Source: a virus (taxonomy: Duplodnaviria > Caudoviricetes). Taken from it: a DNA stretch of 64,000 nt. A program made the position numbers and the translations under genes. Position 1 is the first letter of the stretch. The number at the start of each line of letters is the position of its first letter. The notes beneath the pieces are model-generated. The model saw only the letters and a list, made by a program, of their open reading frames with translations, was not told where the DNA came from and made no database searches. The DNA lies in IMG/VR virus record IMGVR_UViG_3300037418_000840; one strand, given 5' to 3'. This document shows positions 55,688 to 64,000 of this stretch, piece after piece.

Positions 55688-56214
55688 CGTGTGATCCTCC
55701 AATAAAGAGCATCGATAGCCCGTCGATCGTTGGCCCACATTTGATCAGGGAGATGACACATGTGATGCCACGAAAGACTGTAGCACTTGTCGGGCTCCAT
55801 GTTGCGCTCCGTGCCGCGATCCTTAAACTGGATCGCATAGTAGAGCATGAGATATGGATCCCCGTTGGGCTGCACGTCGTGGGCAATCCATAGGGGTTCC
55901 ATCTTGTGAGGCAGTAGTTCAAGGCCGAGCTCCTCTCGGACCTCGCGAAGGGCCGCATCCACAGGATTGGGTTCTTCGATCTTGCCCCCGGTCAAGACAT
56001 GAAGTCCGTGTCCGAAGTCTTTGCGACGATGTTGAAGCAGCACGTCGAATCCATTGTAGAGGGCGACGGCGACTCCCACGTGATGGCGAGGCTCATCCTG
56101 TTCCGTTATCTGGGTCGCACGCGCGCGATTCCACACAAGCTGATGATCATGCCATGCACTGCTGTTGGGCTGGACGTGAAGATCGTCCATCAGTTGTTCA
56201 AACTTGGTCATCAT
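55684..56214 (-). CDS. Nudix hydrolase (MutT-like)
   Basis: GGKIE...PVDAALREVREELG Nudix box; N.EP.KC..L.W; start trimmed to MMTKFE. Confidence 0.88.
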   Translation of the reverse strand: MMTKFEQLMDDLHVQPNSSAWHDHQLVWNRARATQITEQDEPRHHVGVAVALYNGFDVLLQHRRKDFGHGLHVLTGGKIEEPNPVDAALREVREELGLELLPHKMEPLWIAHDVQPNGDPYLMLYYAIQFKDRGTERNMEPDKCYSLSWHHMCHLPDQMWANDRRAIDALYWRITR

Positions 56215-56218
56215 AACC

Positions 56219-56602
56219 TCAAGGTAGGACGATGACTCGGCGCGCAGGATAACCACGCTCCTTGTCTTGGTCGTATCCAGCGCGATCGGTGCGGCTCCAC
56301 AGCGTCCCAGAGTCGGTGTATGCGGATTCGTAGTGCAGTTCGCACTTTTCCAAATCAACGGGTTCGTCATCATCACTGATGTATGACCAAGCAACTAGAC
56401 GATGGTCGTCCGGTGCGTAGTAGACGCCGTCGTCTCGAAGCCAACCGACGTTACCTCCGGCCCCGTACACAAGACATCCAGTTACGATCGTACCGTTCGC
56501 TAGCTTGAGATTGACTTGGACATCAACTGGCGGCCACACCGGTTTTGTGGACGTCCACTTACTCAACTTGTTCACGTGTCTCTCCAAGGACTTGACCATC
56601 AT
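56219..56602 (-). CDS. hypothetical protein
   Basis: 127-aa ORF tiling. Confidence 0.65.
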   Translation of the reverse strand: MMVKSLERHVNKLSKWTSTKPVWPPVDVQVNLKLANGTIVTGCLVYGAGGNVGWLRDDGVYYAPDDHRLVAWSYISDDDEPVDLEKCELHYESAYTDSGTLWSRTDRAGYDQDKERGYPARRVIVLP

Positions 56603-56825
56603 AAACCACGCCGAGAAATTCGGCCCATGTATGAGCTTCGCTCAGCGCATTGGCACGAACTGTAGTCTTCATTGGATATATGATTCCCTGTTCGTCAAAG
56701 ATCTTTGACTTGGCCGGTCTCTGCGATAGGTTGGTTAGCTTGACCCACCACGAAGGACCACATGATTCGCGCATGAGTGCCACTTCGACTTTGAAGTGCG
56801 GGACTTGAAGTGCTGGGATGGTCAT
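56559..56825 (-). CDS. hypothetical protein
   Basis: Start trimmed to MTIPAL, ATGA-coupled to nuclease stop. Confidence 0.6.
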   Translation of the reverse strand: MTIPALQVPHFKVEVALMRESCGPSWWVKLTNLSQRPAKSKIFDEQGIIYPMKTTVRANALSEAHTWAEFLGVVYDGQVLGETREQVE

Positions 56826-57868
56826 GCGGCCCTCTTGTAGCGTTGACGTGGATCTTGCACAGAGTTGATGATACGACGACGGATGGACCTCACGCGCTTG
56901 CGCATCTGTTCCTCGACATCCAGCGACGCAATCCATTCACGGAAGAAATCATCGGTACGAATCACAAGCTGAGTTCCTTCCTTGATGTCTTCGGTCAGGA
57001 CTGCAGCAAGATCGGCTTTGGTCTTAAAGTTCTTCAGTACCACAATGTTCTTGCGGTGAGCGTAATCTTCGGCAGACACGTCACACCCGTCCTGGATAAC
57101 GAGCTTCACCAGATCAGTTCTGCGCGTCGGTATGTTTGCCAAGTCATCGCGCGTCTGTAGAACGACCGTGTGCAACTTGTACTTCGGATCGTTCTTAATG
57201 AGACGCACGTCGTGTTCGTCCGGCGAATCGAAGGTCACGTGTGCGAAATACTTGGGCAGCTTCTCACCAAAGTTGCTCTGGTAGAGAGTGCCCATGAACG
57301 TCGTGTTCCGTACACGATGCGCGGTATGTAGGTGACCGCCCAAAGCCACGGCCTTGGACTTGCTGAGTTGCTCGTCCTTGTTGATGCGACCACTATCACC
57401 TTGCGAACCGTAGACCTCGTTGTGAAACAGGTTGAGGGCCGTAACGTCAAACGACGTGTGTGGATAGGGCAGGATACGCAACGGTGTCCCATCGATTTCG
57501 ATGGTCTTCGGCTTGGTGAAGAACTTGACGTGGCGGCCGCGATAGATACGGGCCAGCAACTGGAGCGAATGACCAGCCGATGCGTCCTCACCGTACATGT
57601 CGTGATTCCCCAAGAAGACGAGGAACTTCCGATCCGTGTAAGCGTCAAAGAAATCGACCAACGACATCATTGCCTCGTACGACATGCGGGGTCCGTCACA
57701 CACGTCGCCCATCAAAGCTATGGTCTCCACGTCTTTGCGCCGCGCATAGTCGGCAGCTTTTCCTAGCTCTCCAATGACAAACAGGTCCGGGTCCTCGATG
57801 TACTTTGCGAGGCCACCCGAACCTGTACTGTCCGTGAGATGCAGGTCACCAACAGTAACCAAGTCCAT
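56822..57868 (-). CDS. Mre11/SbcD/T4 gp47-like recombination nuclease
   Basis: VGDLHL, MGDVCD, LGNHD, FHNEV.G, GGHLH, G.L.Q.NFGE motifs and helical C-terminus. Confidence 0.85.
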   Translation of the reverse strand: MDLVTVGDLHLTDSTGSGGLAKYIEDPDLFVIGELGKAADYARRKDVETIALMGDVCDGPRMSYEAMMSLVDFFDAYTDRKFLVFLGNHDMYGEDASAGHSLQLLARIYRGRHVKFFTKPKTIEIDGTPLRILPYPHTSFDVTALNLFHNEVYGSQGDSGRINKDEQLSKSKAVALGGHLHTAHRVRNTTFMGTLYQSNFGEKLPKYFAHVTFDSPDEHDVRLIKNDPKYKLHTVVLQTRDDLANIPTRRTDLVKLVIQDGCDVSAEDYAHRKNIVVLKNFKTKADLAAVLTEDIKEGTQLVIRTDDFFREWIASLDVEEQMRKRVRSIRRRIINSVQDPRQRYKRAA

Positions 57869-59052
57869 CAGTCACCCTTCTCATCAGGATACATCAAGTC
57901 GTAGGGGTTTACGATCTCGACCTTCGATTCAGCGATTGTACGCGGAGCACCCACGGTCCTGATCTTTGCTTCGAAGTCTTCGAGTCGTTTAACTTCCGCT
58001 GCGACTTTCGCTTTATCGGCCAGGAGCTTGCGCGCGTAGCTCGGGCTCACGATCGTCAGTGACTTTGACGCAATCGCACGTTGGAAGGTATCCGACGAGA
58101 AGATCGCCAGCCGATCAACGTTGGGGACGCAGTGTGGGATCCACGTTGTCTTGAGGTGGAACAACCGTTCACGATCGCTAGCTTCGTAGACAAACAGTAC
58201 GTCGCTACGGCGGCCAACCGGCGATTCTTCTGTGGTGTTGATGACCCACACTTCGTCACGAAGAAGAGCCTCGTCAAGGGACAGACCGCGCTTAGGCACG
58301 AACCAGTCTTCGAGGCGCACCATCGTACGAGTCCACCACGATGGACGTTCGACCTTACGCAGTAGCTCCGCGTTCTTCCTCTTGAGGGACTTGATCTCCC
58401 GTTCAAGATAATGAACTTGATTTTTGGACTGCTCGTAGTTTTCCCTGAGTGCGGTGTATGACAGACCAGTTTGCTCTTCGCATTCGAGATCGGCCAAGAA
58501 CTGGTCGACGTCGATCCCAGCGGCGGCCATCCACATACGCAACGGGATACTGATTCGATCGTTTTCGGCCTTACCCTCGACCACCGACGCGGTATCCCGG
58601 ACCTCGTGAGGCAAGACATAGACTGCAGTCATGGCCGATGGGTCAGCCACACACGACTCATGGTAGAGATCGACCTTGGTTCCACGTTCTTCGGCCACGG
58701 TGTCGGGCTCGTTGGGTGTGGACAAGCGCTCCAATGCTTGATGATCGATGTAGCCGACGTGTAGCAGTTCGATTTCGACCGGCTGGTCTTCACCGTTCTG
58801 TGCACCGAATTCATCACGCTTGCGCAAGATCTCAGCGATCTGCTCGGCGTTGAGTTTGGGCATCATCACCGGCTCAGCCACCTTGGTTCCAGGAATAGCC
58901 CAACGAAGGAGAAGGTCCGACTGCTCGACCGTTTGTCGATCTTCGTTGACTTTGGGTTCCGGCGACGGAGGCGGTGCCGCAGGACGTTCGGTACGGATGG
59001 GGCGACGCGGTCGCTTCTTCTTCTTCGGCTTGCTACTATCTTGTTCGTTCAT
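57868..59052 (-). CDS. hypothetical protein with coiled coil and C-terminal domain paralogous to 54177-54929
   Basis: 394-aa ORF, GGAG RBS, GTAAATA at 59133-59142. Confidence 0.8.
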   Translation of the reverse strand: MNEQDSSKPKKKKRPRRPIRTERPAAPPPSPEPKVNEDRQTVEQSDLLLRWAIPGTKVAEPVMMPKLNAEQIAEILRKRDEFGAQNGEDQPVEIELLHVGYIDHQALERLSTPNEPDTVAEERGTKVDLYHESCVADPSAMTAVYVLPHEVRDTASVVEGKAENDRISIPLRMWMAAAGIDVDQFLADLECEEQTGLSYTALRENYEQSKNQVHYLEREIKSLKRKNAELLRKVERPSWWTRTMVRLEDWFVPKRGLSLDEALLRDEVWVINTTEESPVGRRSDVLFVYEASDRERLFHLKTTWIPHCVPNVDRLAIFSSDTFQRAIASKSLTIVSPSYARKLLADKAKVAAEVKRLEDFEAKIRTVGAPRTIAESKVEIVNPYDLMYPDEKGD

Positions 59053-59135
59053 AAGGTACTCCAGTTAGGAGTGGGAAACGGGTTCCAACTAGGGGCCAAT
59101 CTCTTAATGGAATGAGGCCCGGCGCTGTGCCATAT

Positions 59136-59891
59136 TTACGCTCCGTTCTGGACTGCGTCGAGCGCGGCCAAGACCCAGAAGCGATCAGCAGCCAGTGGGA
59201 ACTTGACGTCAGCCCGCAAGACGAAGCGCGGTACGTGGAGCAACTCACGTACCCTGATTTCCTCAACCCATTCGGTAAGCGGCCGGTTGAAGACTCGACC
59301 GTGGATGTTTCGGTACACTACTTCGCAGTGACCATCGGCTTCGCATTGAGATAGGGTGATCACCTTGTAGTAGTCACCCGCCTTATAATGGGCAAAGACT
59401 TGACCGGGCTGAATCTTGTGGTCGACGTACTGGTAGTCGAATGATGGGTCGTCCATCGACAGGTAGCGTTCGAGAGGGATGGGCATTAGCTTCTCCTTGA
59501 GTGGTTGACTTTTGGCTTGGGCTTGAGCTTGTCGTGCTTTGGTGATTATATGATTGAGGACCGGCCACAGGTCAGGATGGACCAGGAAGTACGGCTTCTG
59601 CCCAGCGAATTGAGATGCGCCTGTTGGCCTTACGTCAGTGATCTTGGATGGATCGATGAGGTAGAGACTTGGCTTGCGCTCCATTCCATGTTCGGCGTTG
59701 AGCCGGCGTTGTTGTCGATCGTGGTACATCACGGTGTGCCACCAACGCTTTCGGTGCTGGACCTTGGGACCTATGACTCGGGTAGCGAGTACCGATTGAT
59801 GGACATGAATCGTTGTCAGATCAACATCTTGGTTTCGACGCAAACATTCGTGACCGATCAGGTCGATAACTTCCAGTTCTTGGTCTGTCAT
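59136..59891 (-). CDS. DUF1653-domain fusion protein
   Basis: C-terminal G....HYK.G.YY.V...........VVYR......F.RP..EW.E.....PRF; start trimmed to MTDQEL. Confidence 0.75.
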   Translation of the reverse strand: MTDQELEVIDLIGHECLRRNQDVDLTTIHVHQSVLATRVIGPKVQHRKRWWHTVMYHDRQQRRLNAEHGMERKPSLYLIDPSKITDVRPTGASQFAGQKPYFLVHPDLWPVLNHIITKARQAQAQAKSQPLKEKLMPIPLERYLSMDDPSFDYQYVDHKIQPGQVFAHYKAGDYYKVITLSQCEADGHCEVVYRNIHGRVFNRPLTEWVEEIRVRELLHVPRFVLRADVKFPLAADRFWVLAALDAVQNGA

Positions 59892-61744
59892 GAGGGCACC
59901 TTCTTGGTTGACCACTTCTTCTGTTCATCACGCTCTTTGATCAGAGCTTGAATGCTCGATTCCAATTCTTGAATCCGCGCTTCGTTACCTGCTTTCTTGG
60001 CAGTGGACCGCATACTTCGAAGTGAGTTGAGCTGGCTTGCTATTGGATCACTCCGAATCTTCTGCCACTCTTTTCGTTTGGCCGCCGCCCGACGTTCCTT
60101 TTTGGTCCCGTTAAGCGCGGCCTCCTCGGCTCGACTCAAGTTAGTTGTCCACGTGACATAGTTCCCGAGTTTCTTGGTGATGTCACGACGTATGATTGGT
60201 GCATGATTCATCTGACGAGCGATCGATTCAGCCATCTTCATGGTGGATACGATGGCCAACATCTTCTCATCGCTATCGTGGTTTCGTATGTTACCGCGCC
60301 CAATACACTGGACAGCCTTGTCGATCACGTAGTCCTCATCAGCATCGTATTCTGGTATGATAGCGTTCAGAATCGTAGATGTCTGTGGAGTCGGGTTGAC
60401 CGCTGCCAGGAAGACCACGAGGTTGCTACTCTGATACCCGTTGTTTCCTTCAGCCTTACCTAAGCTGACTTTCGTGAACAATCGCTTGCTGGTCGATACG
60501 TCTTCGTCGTTCTTGTTGAGGAACAACAATCCTTTGTGCGGTTGCCCATACTTGGAGAACCATTGGCGAGCCAGTCGTTCGGCGGTCCGTAGCTGCCAGT
60601 CGAGGATACTGGTCTGCGCGCGAAGCTCACCAAACTTGATCACGAGCTTTCGATGATTGTCCTTGAGTATGCCTGCGTTGAATACGGGGTCTTTCAGATG
60701 CGCAACGACATCGCGCATGTCACCAGTTGCAATTCCAAGTTCGTTCTTCGTTTTGGTCAGGGCCAACACGTTTTTCTTTGGTAACACAACTCCTGAGCTG
60801 AGTTGATATTTGGAGGGTACTCCAGTATCAGCTAACAGCGGTACGAGTTCAAGTTTAGACTGACGCTCACCGATGGCATCCAATGCCATACCGTATCCCT
60901 GATCCAGATACGTGTTCATGAAGGGACGAGTCACATTTTGGAGGATGATGTTCTCGCTACGGAACAAGTGGTACATCTGGCTACGCTCAAAGGCCGCCGA
61001 AAGAATATGGACATCTTTGAATCCAACGAACGGATGACTCGGTAGCATAATCTGTAGCATGACCTTGCCATTTGTGACCGCATAGACACGGAGTCGAACC
61101 GGACCCGCCCCACTCGAAAGGCTAGTGTGTAACATGTCTAACTTCTTGAATTCACGAGCGCTGTGCTTAGTGGAGATCAGATGACGCTTTTGGTTTTCGG
61201 GCACTGCACGCGCGACGAGCTCGTTGATTCCGGCATAGTCTTTGAGTGGACGAACGACGAACAGCGCATTGAACAAGTCCTTGACTCCAGGCTCGTCCAT
61301 GCGAAGTGTCTGTTGAACTACCCACTTGCGACTCTCATCGAATATAACCCGTGTCTGTCCAAACTTCTTATGACGTTTCAGTTTGAGAAACGTTGCGTGG
61401 GTCAAGAATAGGATGGATCCATGAACGAAGGGCTCGATGTCCAACTTCGAATCGTGACGTCCGTTCAACAGAGCATAAACTTGATGTTCGGTACGATCAC
61501 GGCCCATAGTCTGTTCGGAGCCACGAACGGCGCGAATGAACGAATGTAGCTTTCGTGGTAGTCGTTCGTGCAGTCCAGCAATAGTCTGTCTCAATAAATC
61601 GAGAGTTGGTGCCACGTAGAAGATGTAGCCAACCGGATCACCGGAGGCACCAGACTTGACGTGACGACGCATGAGTTCGAGGCACGCTCGAGTCTTGCCT
61701 GTTCCGGGAGGTGCGTCAACATAATTGACAACGAGGTCTTTCAT
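59888..61744 (-). CDS. superfamily 2 helicase-like ATPase, possible origin-binding or replication protein
   Basis: Motif I DAPPGTGKT, Ia YVAPTLDL, Ib LTHATF, II IFDE, VI QCIGRGNIR; basic C-terminal tail. Confidence 0.75.
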   Translation of the reverse strand: MKDLVVNYVDAPPGTGKTRACLELMRRHVKSGASGDPVGYIFYVAPTLDLLRQTIAGLHERLPRKLHSFIRAVRGSEQTMGRDRTEHQVYALLNGRHDSKLDIEPFVHGSILFLTHATFLKLKRHKKFGQTRVIFDESRKWVVQQTLRMDEPGVKDLFNALFVVRPLKDYAGINELVARAVPENQKRHLISTKHSAREFKKLDMLHTSLSSGAGPVRLRVYAVTNGKVMLQIMLPSHPFVGFKDVHILSAAFERSQMYHLFRSENIILQNVTRPFMNTYLDQGYGMALDAIGERQSKLELVPLLADTGVPSKYQLSSGVVLPKKNVLALTKTKNELGIATGDMRDVVAHLKDPVFNAGILKDNHRKLVIKFGELRAQTSILDWQLRTAERLARQWFSKYGQPHKGLLFLNKNDEDVSTSKRLFTKVSLGKAEGNNGYQSSNLVVFLAAVNPTPQTSTILNAIIPEYDADEDYVIDKAVQCIGRGNIRNHDSDEKMLAIVSTMKMAESIARQMNHAPIIRRDITKKLGNYVTWTTNLSRAEEAALNGTKKERRAAAKRKEWQKIRSDPIASQLNSLRSMRSTAKKAGNEARIQELESSIQALIKERDEQKKWSTKKVPS

Positions 61745-61772
61745 ACGAAATCCTTAGCTCACTGACATCCTC

Positions 61773-61782
61773 TATTTACGCA
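61773..61782 (-). promoter_or_regulatory. GTAAATA-type putative phage promoter
   Basis: TGCGTAAATA 29 bp upstream of helicase start. Confidence 0.55.
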
Positions 61783-62229
61783 CCTGTTAATTGTTGCTCG
61801 CCCTTACTATATGTAAAGGGGTCACGACTGTTAAGTTGGTCAGTGTCTACAAAGGGTGCGTCTACGATTTATATAAGCAAGCATACCCCTTAACTTGCAA
61901 GCAAGAAAAAGGACACAGCGCAAGGTTCATCCCAATTCATCCTCTAAATAACAAATCAAAACACGCAGGCCGAAGGCCGAAGTGTTTTGCTATCCCACGG
62001 AGCGCAGCGGAGGGGGATTACAGACAACCCAGAACGCGCGCATTGTGCGCTTGGTCAGCATAGGTCGCCGCGCCTGACGGCTTGCGACCAAAGCACTCGC
62101 CGCCTAGCGGCGGGCTCGTGTTGATTTTGATTGAGGAACCAGCGATTGACACCCGGCCCTCAGGTTGATCCTCTCCTTGACCCGACATGCCAACAGGTTA
62201 CAGCGTTTTCGCTTATCAATCGTAGGCCC

Positions 62230-62236
62230 GTAAATA
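62230..62236 (+). promoter_or_regulatory. GTAAATA-type putative phage promoter, plus strand
   Basis: GTAAATA on + strand 22 bp before ATG at 62259; orientation follows the strand switch. Confidence 0.6.
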
Positions 62237-62258
62237 TCAACGTTAGACGGAGGTCCAA

Positions 62259-62618
62259 ATGGCAAGCGCACGGAACATGCCCAATCCTTTGATCGACCCA
62301 GTGAAACCGCAGAACACGCGTGAACTACGCGAGCAGGTGGCGCGCGCCGCCCGCCTCGACGAAGCAGTTGCTGCATCGTCAGGCGCTGGCTATGCCGTGA
62401 TCAACACGCAGCCGACAGGACCCGACGTGATTCCGGAACCGACGGTGAAGAACATCTCAATCAGTCCCGGACAGAAGTTGGCGCTCCCCTTCGATGAAGT
62501 GACGCCGCCTCAAGTTAGTGCTTCGTCGTGGTCGATCGATGGTCAGCGCGAGCATCAGTCAGCCAGCGCTGAGTTCAATCCAAGCGATGCGAATTCGTTC
62601 TATGGCCTGAAGGGCTAG
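62259..62618 (+). CDS. hypothetical protein
   Basis: GGAGGT RBS, 119 aa. Confidence 0.75.
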   Translation: MASARNMPNPLIDPVKPQNTRELREQVARAARLDEAVAASSGAGYAVINTQPTGPDVIPEPTVKNISISPGQKLALPFDEVTPPQVSASSWSIDGQREHQSASAEFNPSDANSFYGLKG

Positions 62619-62626
62619 TCAAGGAG

Positions 62627-62905
62627 TTGACCATGAGTAAGAGCAGCAAGAACAAACGTGCTTCGTTGAAGACCGCCGAAGTCAAAGACGACACGAAAGA
62701 AATCGACGTGATGGCCATCGTCGAAGAACAGCAACGTCGCAGCGATCTCCAGCGACGTGGGCTCTCCAGCCAAGGACAACCGGACAACGGAGCGCCGGTG
62801 GTCAGCAATGGCGAACGCGAAGCGCTGGCAACACAAAACAGTCAGCGCGGATACTACAACCTCCCGGAAGATATGCTTCCCAACTCCAGCAAGGACGAAG
62901 ACTAA
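62627..62905 (+). CDS. hypothetical protein (disordered)
   Basis: AAGGAG RBS; TAATG overlap with next gene. Confidence 0.7.
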   Translation: MTMSKSSKNKRASLKTAEVKDDTKEIDVMAIVEEQQRRSDLQRRGLSSQGQPDNGAPVVSNGEREALATQNSQRGYYNLPEDMLPNSSKDED

Positions 62906-63942
62906 TGGACGACCTGAACGAAGTCAAGAAACAGATGGCTACCCTTCAATCTCAAATCGATCGCATGACGAACGCGAAGCGCAGCGACGAGGCAGCGACT
63001 GCAGCGCCTGCGGTCAAGGCCCACCGCATTATCCACGTGCGAGTCGCCGGCAGTCCCACGATCGACGTGTTGAAACAGGTGGCTGACATCTTCAATCGTG
63101 CGATCGCTTCCAACACCGACGTGGTGGTCCCCACCAACCTCCAAGTCGATGCTCGAGTCCTGGCCGTCGATCCTCAGAATCCGATTCAAGGACTTGTCGT
63201 CAAAGCCGTGGCCGACATCGGATCGGTCATCGGTGCGGCCTACGCAGCTTATGCCGCACTTCCGCCCAAGAAGGCATTGTCGTGGACCGAACTCCCGGCT
63301 CGTCATCAAGAAGCGTTCGCCGAGGACGTGCTCAACTACCTGAGCTTCAACGACGTGAGTCCGGCTTGGGAAGATCGTGCTTCGGTCACAACGGCAGTCA
63401 TCGATGCATTGCGTCCCTTGTTGCCCGAAGCTGATCCGCACCCCATGCCTGTCGACGTGGCACTGGCCGAAGTCGTTTCGGGTGGCGAAACGTTCATGCA
63501 GTGGGAGACGCGTGATCTGCGTGAGCTCAAGGTCAACGACATCTTCCGTGCAACTGGATCGACCGAGCCGGTGTACATCGTACGTCGTGCGCCCTACACA
63601 AACTATGTGGCAGCCGAAGGGGCAGTCACGTCGGTCAAGGCCGATCCTCTGGACGAGACGCAGTGGCCGCGTCATCCGGATCTGCCGCCCGAAGACCGGG
63701 TGGACGCAGCCGAAGTCAAGAGCGCGGCGAACGAGCCGTCGGCCGAGGAACTACATGCGGCTGGCGTTGCTCGTGCCGAAGCAGAAGGCGATGCAGAGGT
63801 AGATCATCCGGAGACCGAAGTCGTGTGCTACACAAATCCGGCCGATGACAGCCGTCCTGTGTCTATTCTTGACGGCGATCGTTCGAGCGTCGGATTGGAC
63901 ACTGGTCATCCGCACGATCAGCGTGGCTGGCAACCCGACTGA
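62905..63942 (+). CDS. hypothetical protein
   Basis: 345-aa ORF with phage-like codon usage. Confidence 0.8.
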   Translation: MDDLNEVKKQMATLQSQIDRMTNAKRSDEAATAAPAVKAHRIIHVRVAGSPTIDVLKQVADIFNRAIASNTDVVVPTNLQVDARVLAVDPQNPIQGLVVKAVADIGSVIGAAYAAYAALPPKKALSWTELPARHQEAFAEDVLNYLSFNDVSPAWEDRASVTTAVIDALRPLLPEADPHPMPVDVALAEVVSGGETFMQWETRDLRELKVNDIFRATGSTEPVYIVRRAPYTNYVAAEGAVTSVKADPLDETQWPRHPDLPPEDRVDAAEVKSAANEPSAEELHAAGVARAEAEGDAEVDHPETEVVCYTNPADDSRPVSILDGDRSSVGLDTGHPHDQRGWQPD

Positions 63943-64000
63943 TGTATATCAAGCCTGATTGGGTTAACGGAGGGTTCGAAGGCGCTGGATCAATTCTACT
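63942..64000 (+). CDS. hypothetical protein, 5' fragment
   Basis: TGATG coupling; MYIKPDWVNGGFEGAGSIL... open to window end. Confidence 0.45.
   Translation, partial: MYIKPDWVNGGFEGAGSIL

Larger units (their letters stand above)
61745..62258. other. AT-rich divergent intergenic region (strand switch), possible replication origin
   Basis: About 510 bp with no convincing ORF; visibly AT-rich core 61790-61960; transcription diverges here. Confidence 0.4.

Noticed and set aside
1-64000. tRNA, tmRNA, rRNA and CRISPR arrays
   Set aside because: I saw no cloverleaf with T-loop/CCA or repeat-spacer periodicity in the gaps inspected by eye. tRNAscan-SE/ARAGORN would be the decisive check.
1-64000. 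Alternative genetic code (stop-codon recoding)
   Set aside because: Genes tile densely under code 11 using TAA, TAG and TGA stops, and conserved enzymes are uninterrupted.
1-64000. Bacterial chromosome or prophage origin (because of gyrAB, ligA, acpP, dnaJ)
   Set aside because: The housekeeping-like genes are divergent or truncated and embedded among about 90 small co-oriented hypotheticals with phage-type motifs. No integrase or bacterial operon context is present.

Overview
This is a 64-kb fragment of a large, GC-rich lytic dsDNA phage genome, probably a jumbo myovirus. The host is inferred to be a betaproteobacterium (Burkholderiaceae-like) from the phage acyl carrier protein. About 100 tightly packed genes lie on the minus strand from 1 to 61744. 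Transcription then switches to the plus strand across an AT-rich ~510-bp gap. Recognisable genes: NAD-dependent DNA ligase, two-subunit type IIA topoisomerase (GyrB-like with an intein, GyrA-like without a C-terminal pinwheel), Mre11/SbcD/gp47-type nuclease, SF2 helicase, sigma-like factor, HNH nuclease, Nudix hydrolase, metallophosphoesterase, RlaP-type nucleotidyltransferase, two J-domain proteins, a zincin peptidase and a stand-alone ACP. No tRNA, rRNA, CRISPR array, integrase or virion structural genes were recognised. Most notable: (1) a three-gene envelope module (cytoplasmic coiled coil, 2-TM coiled coil, membrane-anchored solute-binding protein fused to LysM) with no ABC permease or ATPase; (2) a Pro1 class-3-type mini-intein in the GyrB Toprim DxDxDG motif; (3) three recurrent cis-motifs (sigma70-like promoters with a TGTTG-N8-CAACA palindrome, GTAAATA promoters, and a CTAYCGAAAGG start-associated sequence); (4) a tandem SH3/KOW-repeat protein and histone-like or acidic disordered proteins around the topoisomerase genes. 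All family calls come from motif recognition by eye; no database searches were run.
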